64,000 nucleotides of DNA, taken from the sequence record OQ067375.1; one strand, 5' to 3'. The stretch comes from Escherichia phage a48. Shown piece after piece: positions 57,785 through 64,000 of this stretch. Position numbers and translations under genes: made by a program. The stretch's first letter is position 1. Every line of letters begins with the position of its first letter. The notes under the pieces were generated by a model. That model was given only the letters and a program-made list of their open reading frames with translations. It ran no database searches and was not told where the DNA came from.

Positions 57785-60700
57785 CAGTAAAAGCACCTTC
57801 AGTCACTAGTCTCAGAATTTCCAAGTTATCCGCAAATCAGGTGCAAGTACGCTGGGATGACGTTGGTGCTAATTTCTACTATTTTGTAGAAATCGCTGAG
57901 ACAAAGACAGACTCGGGGGAAAATCTCCCGAGTAATCAATATAGATGGATTAACTTAGGATATACTGCAAATAACAGCTTCTTTTTTGACGATGCTGACC
58001 CATTGACATCATACATTATTAGAGTAGCTACAGCTGCACAAGATTTTGAGCAGTCTGATTGGATTTATACCGAAGAGTTTGAAACTTTTGCTACGAATGC
58101 TTACACATTTCAAAACATGATTGAAATGCAATTAGCCAATAAATTCATTCAGGAAAAATTTACTCTTAACAATTCTAATTATGTCAATTTTAATAATGAC
58201 ACTATAATGGCTGCATTGATGAATGAATCGTTCCAATTCAGCCCATCATATGTTGATGTTTCATCAATCAGTAATTTTATTATTGGTGAAAATGAGTATC
58301 ATGAAATACAAGGTTCCATTCAGCAAGTATGTAAGGATATTAACCGAGTTTATTTGATGGAATCAGAAGGGATTCTATATCTTTTTGAGCGTTATCAACC
58401 CGTGGTTAAAGTATCTAATGATAAAGGACAAACCTGGAAAGCTGTAAAGCTCTTCAATGACCGTGTAGGATATCCTTTATCTAAGACAGTATATTACCAA
58501 TCTGCGAACACAACATACGTTCTAGGATACGACAAGATTTTCTATGGCCGTAAATCGACTGACGTTAGATGGTCAGCAGATGATGTCAGATTCAGTTCGC
58601 AGGATATAACATTTGCTAAACTTGGCGACCAGTTACATTTAGGATTTGATGTAGAAATCTTTGGTACTTATGCGACTTTACCAGCGAATGTATATCGTAT
58701 AGCTGAAGCCATTACTTGTACGGATGATTATATCTATGTTGTTGCCAGAGATAAAGTTAGATATATAAAAACGAGTAATGCACCTATAGATTCTGACCCG
58801 TTATCACCAACATACTCGGAAAGACTTTTTGAACCTGATACAATGACTATAACTGGAAATCCTAAAGCAGTATGCTATAAAATGGATTCTATCGGTGATA
58901 AAGTTTTTGCTCTTATTATTGGTGAAGTTGAAACATTAAATGCCAATCCGAGAACTTCAAAAATAATTGATTCTGCTGATAAAGGAATATATGTTTTAAA
59001 TCATGACGAAAAAACATGGAAAAGAGTTTTCGGTAATACCGAAGAAGAAAGAAGACGTATTCAACCTGGATACGCAAACATGTCAACTGACGGTAAATTA
59101 GTTTCTCTGTCTTCGAGTAATTTTAAATTTTTAAGTGATAATGTTGTTAATGACCCTGAAACTATGGTGAAATATCAGTTAATCGGTGCTGTTAAATATG
59201 AATTTCCCCGTGAATGGTTAGCTGATAAGCATTATCATATGATGGCATTTATAGCGGATGAAAAATCTGATTGGGAGACTTTTACTCCTCAACCAATGAA
59301 ATACTACGCAGAACCGTTCTTTAATTGGTCTAAAAAATCTAACACACGCTGTTGGATAAACAACTCTAATAGAGCTGTAGTAGTTTATGCTGATTTAAAA
59401 TACACTAAAGTTATAGAAAATATTCCGGAAACATCACCAGATAGATTAGTTCATGAATACTGGGATGATGGTGATTGTACGATAGTAATGCCAAATGTTA
59501 AATTCACGGGATTTAAAAAATATGCGTCTGGGATGCTTTTTTATAAATCTTCTGGTGAAATAATTTCTTACTATGATTTTAACTATCGTGTGAGAGATAC
59601 AGTAGAAATTATTTGGAAGCCGACTGGAGTATTTTTAAAAGCATTTTTACAAAACCAAGAGCATGAGACTCCTTGGTCACCAGAAGAAGAGCATGGATTA
59701 GCTGATCCTGATTTAAGACCATTAATTGGCACAATGATGCCTGATTCTTATTTGTTGCAGGATTCGAATTTTGAGGCATTTTGCGAAGCATATATTCAGT
59801 ATCTTTCTGATGGATATGGAACTCAGTATAACAATTTACGAAATTTAATTCGTAACCAATATCCACGAGAAGAGCATGCGTGGGAATATTTGTGGTCAGA
59901 GATATATAAAAGAAACATTTATTTAAATGCTGATAAACGTGATGCTGTTGCGAGATTCTTTGAATCACGTAGCTATGATTTTTATTCTACTAAAGGAATT
60001 GAAGCATCATACAAGTTTCTTTTTAAAGTTCTTTATAATGAAGAAGTTGAAATTGAAATTGAATCTGGGGCCGGTACTGAATATGACATAATCGTTCAAT
60101 CTGATTCTTTGACTGAAGATTTAGTAGGACAAACGATTTATACGGCAACAGGAAGATGTAATGTTACTTATATAGAAAGAAGTTATTCTAATGGTAAATT
60201 GCAATGGACCGTAACTATTCATAATCTTTTGGGAAGATTAATTGCTGGTCAAGAAGTTAAAGCAGAAAGACTCCCTAGTTTTGAAGGCGAAATTATTCGT
60301 GGAGTTAAAGGAAAGGATTTGCTTCAAAACAATATAGACTATATTAATAGAAGTAGATCATACTATGTAATGAAAATTAAATCCAATTTACCTTCTTCCC
60401 GCTGGAAATCTGACGTTATTCGTTTTGTTCATCCAGTAGGATTTGGATTTATAGCAATTACCCTTTTAACGATGTTTATTAATGTTGGTTTAACTCTTAA
60501 ACATACAGAGACTATAATTAATAAATACAAAAACTATAAATGGGATTCTGGATTGCCTACTGAATATGCTGATAGAGTAGCTAAATTAACTCCAACCGGT
60601 GAAATTGAGCATGATTCAGTAACAGGCGAAGCAATTTATGAGCCTGGCCCAATGGCTGGTGTAGAATATCCTCTTCCTGATGACTATAATGCTGAAAATA

Positions 60701-60879
60701 ATAATTCAATATTTCAAGGTCAATTGCCGTCTGAACGACGTAAATTAATGAGTCCCCTATTTGATGCTTCTGGAACAACATTTGCGCAATTTAGGGATTT
60801 AGTTAATAAACGTCTAAAAGATAATATAGGAAATCCAAGAGACCCTGAAAATCCAACACAGGTTAAAATAGATGAATGA
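57781..60879 (+). CDS. 7: baseplate wedge protein
   Basis: 1032-aa ORF, length and order as T4 gp7. Confidence 0.95.
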   Translation: MTVKAPSVTSLRISKLSANQVQVRWDDVGANFYYFVEIAETKTDSGENLPSNQYRWINLGYTANNSFFFDDADPLTSYIIRVATAAQDFEQSDWIYTEEFETFATNAYTFQNMIEMQLANKFIQEKFTLNNSNYVNFNNDTIMAALMNESFQFSPSYVDVSSISNFIIGENEYHEIQGSIQQVCKDINRVYLMESEGILYLFERYQPVVKVSNDKGQTWKAVKLFNDRVGYPLSKTVYYQSANTTYVLGYDKIFYGRKSTDVRWSADDVRFSSQDITFAKLGDQLHLGFDVEIFGTYATLPANVYRIAEAITCTDDYIYVVARDKVRYIKTSNAPIDSDPLSPTYSERLFEPDTMTITGNPKAVCYKMDSIGDKVFALIIGEVETLNANPRTSKIIDSADKGIYVLNHDEKTWKRVFGNTEEERRRIQPGYANMSTDGKLVSLSSSNFKFLSDNVVNDPETMVKYQLIGAVKYEFPREWLADKHYHMMAFIADEKSDWETFTPQPMKYYAEPFFNWSKKSNTRCWINNSNRAVVVYADLKYTKVIENIPETSPDRLVHEYWDDGDCTIVMPNVKFTGFKKYASGMLFYKSSGEIISYYDFNYRVRDTVEIIWKPTGVFLKAFLQNQEHETPWSPEEEHGLADPDLRPLIGTMMPDSYLLQDSNFEAFCEAYIQYLSDGYGTQYNNLRNLIRNQYPREEHAWEYLWSEIYKRNIYLNADKRDAVARFFESRSYDFYSTKGIEASYKFLFKVLYNEEVEIEIESGAGTEYDIIVQSDSLTEDLVGQTIYTATGRCNVTYIERSYSNGKLQWTVTIHNLLGRLIAGQEVKAERLPSFEGEIIRGVKGKDLLQNNIDYINRSRSYYVMKIKSNLPSSRWKSDVIRFVHPVGFGFIAITLLTMFINVGLTLKHTETIINKYKNYKWDSGLPTEYADRVAKLTPTGEIEHDSVTGEAIYEPGPMAGVEYPLPDDYNAENNNSIFQGQLPSERRKLMSPLFDASGTTFAQFRDLVNKRLKDNIGNPRDPENPTQVKIDE

Positions 60880-61876
60880 TTCAAGTGTTATCTATCGTGC
60901 GATAGTTACTTCAAAATTTAGAACAGAAAAAATGTTGAATTTTTATAATTCAATTGGAAGTGGTCCGGATAAAAACACTATCTTTATTACATTTGGAAGA
61001 TCAGAACCATGGTCATCAAACGAAAATGAGGTGGGATTTGCCCCACCTTATCCCACCGATTCTGTGTTAGGTGTAACTGACATGTGGACGCATATGATGG
61101 GAACAGTAAAGGTTCTTCCATCAATGCTTGATGCAGTTATTCCTCGTCGAGATTGGGGAGATACTAGATATCCGGATCCGTATACATTTAGAATTAACGA
61201 TATTGTAGTGTGTAACTCAGCTCCTTACAACGCTACTGAATCAGGCGCAGGCTGGTTAGTATATCGTTGTTTAGATGTTCCTGATACTGGAATGTGTTCA
61301 ATCGCATCTTTAACTGATAAGGATGAATGCCTTAAATTAGGCGGAAAATGGACACCTTCTGTTAGGTCAATGACTCCTCCTGAAGGTCGAGGAGATGCTG
61401 AAGGAACAATTGAACCTGGGGACGGGTATGTATGGGAATATCTTTTTGAGATTCCACCCGATGTATCTATAAATAGATGCACGAATGAATATATTGTGGT
61501 TCCTTGGCCTGAGGAATTAAAAGAAGACCCGGCTAGATGGGGATATGAAGATAATCTCACTTGGCAGCAAGATGATTTTGGATTAATTTACCGGGTTAAG
61601 GCAAATACTATCCGTTTTAAAGCATATTTAGATTCAGTTTATTTTCCTGATGCTGCATTGCCAGGAAATAAAGGATTTAGACAAATATCAATAATCACGA
61701 ATCCTCTTGAAGCTAAAGCTCATCCAAATGACCCAAACGTTAAAGCTGAAAAGGATTATTATGACCCAGAAGATTTAATGAGGCATTCGGGCGAAATGAT
61801 TTATATGGAAAATAGGCCACCTATTATTATGGCAATGGATCAAACAGAAGAAATCAATATTCTGTTTACATTTTAA
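60872..61876 (+). CDS. 8: baseplate wedge protein
   Basis: 334-aa ORF followed by a hairpin terminator. Confidence 0.93.
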   Translation: MNDSSVIYRAIVTSKFRTEKMLNFYNSIGSGPDKNTIFITFGRSEPWSSNENEVGFAPPYPTDSVLGVTDMWTHMMGTVKVLPSMLDAVIPRRDWGDTRYPDPYTFRINDIVVCNSAPYNATESGAGWLVYRCLDVPDTGMCSIASLTDKDECLKLGGKWTPSVRSMTPPEGRGDAEGTIEPGDGYVWEYLFEIPPDVSINRCTNEYIVVPWPEELKEDPARWGYEDNLTWQQDDFGLIYRVKANTIRFKAYLDSVYFPDAALPGNKGFRQISIITNPLEAKAHPNDPNVKAEKDYYDPEDLMRHSGEMIYMENRPPIIMAMDQTEEINILFTF

Positions 61877-61881
61877 ATTAA

Positions 61882-61907
61882 GGGAGCCCATGGGCTCCCT
61901 TTTTTCT
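61882..61907 (+). terminator. rho-independent terminator after gene 8
   Basis: Hairpin gggagccc-atg-ggctccc followed by TTTTTTT. Confidence 0.7.
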
Positions 61908-61908
61908 T

Positions 61909-61916
61909 TATAAATA
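61909..61916 (+). promoter_or_regulatory. late promoter (TATAAATA) for gene 9
   Basis: Exact TATAAATA between the gene 8 terminator and the gene 9 ATG. Confidence 0.65.
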
Positions 61917-61940
61917 TTATAAACTCATAAGGAAACCGCT

Positions 61941-62807
61941 ATGTTCATTCAAGAACCAAAGAAATTGATTGATACCGGCGAAATTGGTAACGCTTCTACT
62001 GGTGATATCTTATTCGACGGTGGTAATAAAATTAATAGTGATTTTAACGCAATTTATAATGCGTTTGGCGATCAGCGTAAAATGGCAGTAGCAAATGGCA
62101 CTGGAGCAGATGGTCAAATTATCCATGCTACTGGGTATTATCAAAAACACTCTATTACAGAGTACGCAACTCCAGTGAAAGTTGGCACTAGACATGATAT
62201 TGATACCTCTACTGTAGGTGTTAAAGTTATTATTGAAAGAGGCGAACTCGGCGATTGTGTTGAATTCATTAACTCTAATGGATCAATATCAGTTACTAAT
62301 CCTTTAACAATTCAAGCTATTGATTCAATTAAAGGTGTTTCAGGTAATTTAGTAGTAACTAGCCCATATAGTAAAGTAACTTTACGCTGTATTTCATCTG
62401 ATAATTCTACATCGGTTTGGAATTATTCTATTGAAAGTATGTTTGGACAAAAGGAATCACCAGCTGAAGGTACATGGAATATTTCTACATCCGGATCAGT
62501 TGATATTCCACTATTTCATCGCACTGAATACAATATGGCTAAATTGCTAGTTACGTGCCAATCAGTAGATGGAAGAAAAATTAAAACAGCAGAAATAAAT
62601 ATTCTTGTGGATACTGTTAATTCAGAAGTTATTTCTTCTGAGTATGCTGTCATGAGAGTTGGAAATGAAACAGAAGAAGACGAGATTGCTAATATTGCAT
62701 TTAGTATTAAAACCAACTATGTAACGGCGACTATAAGTTCTTCTACCGTTGGCATGAGAGCAGCAGTTAAAGTTATCGCTACGCAGAAAATCGGGGTGGC
62801 TCAATAA
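61941..62807 (+). CDS. 9: baseplate wedge protein / long tail fibre socket
   Basis: 288-aa ORF with its own late promoter. Confidence 0.93.
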   Translation: MFIQEPKKLIDTGEIGNASTGDILFDGGNKINSDFNAIYNAFGDQRKMAVANGTGADGQIIHATGYYQKHSITEYATPVKVGTRHDIDTSTVGVKVIIERGELGDCVEFINSNGSISVTNPLTIQAIDSIKGVSGNLVVTSPYSKVTLRCISSDNSTSVWNYSIESMFGQKESPAEGTWNISTSGSVDIPLFHRTEYNMAKLLVTCQSVDGRKIKTAEINILVDTVNSEVISSEYAVMRVGNETEEDEIANIAFSIKTNYVTATISSSTVGMRAAVKVIATQKIGVAQ

Positions 62808-64000
62808 TGAAACAAAATATTAATATCGGTAATGTTGTTGATGATGGTACCGGTGACTACCTGCGTAAAGGTGGTATAAAAATAAATGAAAACTTTGATG
62901 AACTTTATTATGAACTTGGCGATGGAGATGTTCCATATTCAGCCGGTGCCTGGAAAACTTATAATGCTTCATCTGGTCAAACATTAAAAGCTAAGTGGGG
63001 AAAATCATACGCTATTAATACCTCTTCTGGAAGAGTAACTTTACAACTTCCTAAAGGAACTGTTAATGATTATAATAAAGTAATTAGAGCTAGGGATGTA
63101 TTTGCAACATGGAACATTAATCCAGTTACTTTAGTAGCTGCTTCTGGAGATACAATTAAAGGGTCGTCATCATCGGTTGAAATTAATACTCAATTTAGTG
63201 ATTTAGAGCTCGTTTATTGCGCTCCAGGACGTTGGGAGTATGTCAAAAACAAACAAATTGACAAAATTATTAGTTCAGATATTAGTAATGTAGCACGTAA
63301 AGAATTTTTAGTCGAAGTTCAAGGACAAACGGACTTTTTAGATGTTTTCCGCGGAACTAGCTATAATGTTAATAACATCCGAGTAAAACACCGTGGTAAT
63401 GAATTATATTACGGCGATGTATTTAGTGAAAACAGTGACTTTGGCTCTCCTGGGGAAAATGAAGGAGAATTGATTCCTCTTGATGGATTTAATATTAGGT
63501 TAAGACAGCCTTGTAATATTGGTGACACTGTTCAAATTGAAACATTTATGGATGGTATATCACAATGGAGAAGTTCATATACAAGACGCCAAATAAAAGT
63601 ATTAGATTCAAAATTAACGTCAAAAACTTCTTTAGAAGGAAGTATTTACGTTACTGATTTATCAACAATGAAATCAATTCCATTCTCTGCATTTGGATTA
63701 ATTCCTGGAGAACCTATTAATCCTAATTCTCTTGAAGTTCGTTTTAATGGAATTTTACAACAACAAGCTGGAACAGCAGGATATCCTCTGTTTTTGTGTG
63801 AAGGTGCTAACTCAGATACGCAAGCAGGATGTATATCTCTTGGTGGTGAATGGAAAGAATCGAACACAGATTATTCTATAGAATATGAAGATGGAAAACC
63901 TGTCAGTCTTTTATTTGATAGAAAATTTGAATCAGGTGATATAATCGTTATAACATGGTTTAATAATGATTTAGGAACTCTTTTAGAAAAAGATGACATT
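62808..64000 (+). CDS. 10: baseplate wedge protein / short tail fibre attachment, 5' part (continues beyond window)
   Basis: ATG at 62808 immediately after the gene 9 stop; frame open to the window end (MKQNINIGNVVDDGTGDYLRKGG...). Confidence 0.88.

Overview
This window is a contiguous slice of a T-even (T4-like) myovirus genome, collinear with phage T4 from uvsX to the start of gene 10. Positions 1-52621 are transcribed almost entirely on the minus strand: uvsX, a glycosyltransferase, 42, imm, 43, regA, 62, 44, 45, rpbA, 46, 47, alpha-gt, 55, nrdH/nrdG/nrdD, 49, nrdC, a long block of variable small genes, rI, tk, regB, denV, e, nudE, a tRNA cluster split by a GIY-YIG homing endonuclease, internal-protein-like genes, 57B/57A, 1, 3, 2, 4. 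From 52669 the plus strand carries the late baseplate module (53, 5, 5.1, 5.4, 6, 7, 8, 9, 10). Differences from T4 point to a T2/T6-like relative: a different glycosyltransferase at the beta-gt locus, an uninterrupted nrdD, no ipII/ipIII between denV and e, and a ninth tRNA (Tyr). The most interesting material is in the variable blocks: a tandem array of coiled-coil-tailed proteins with one frameshifted member, an adjacent P-loop ATPase and nucleotidyltransferase-fold protein, a macro-domain protein, four capsid-targeting-signal proteins, candidate anti-CBASS genes, and repeated early promoter-leader cassettes in front of variable genes. All calls rest on reading the translations and sequence by eye and on recalled knowledge of T4; no database search or alignment was run, and T4 protein lengths are quoted from memory.
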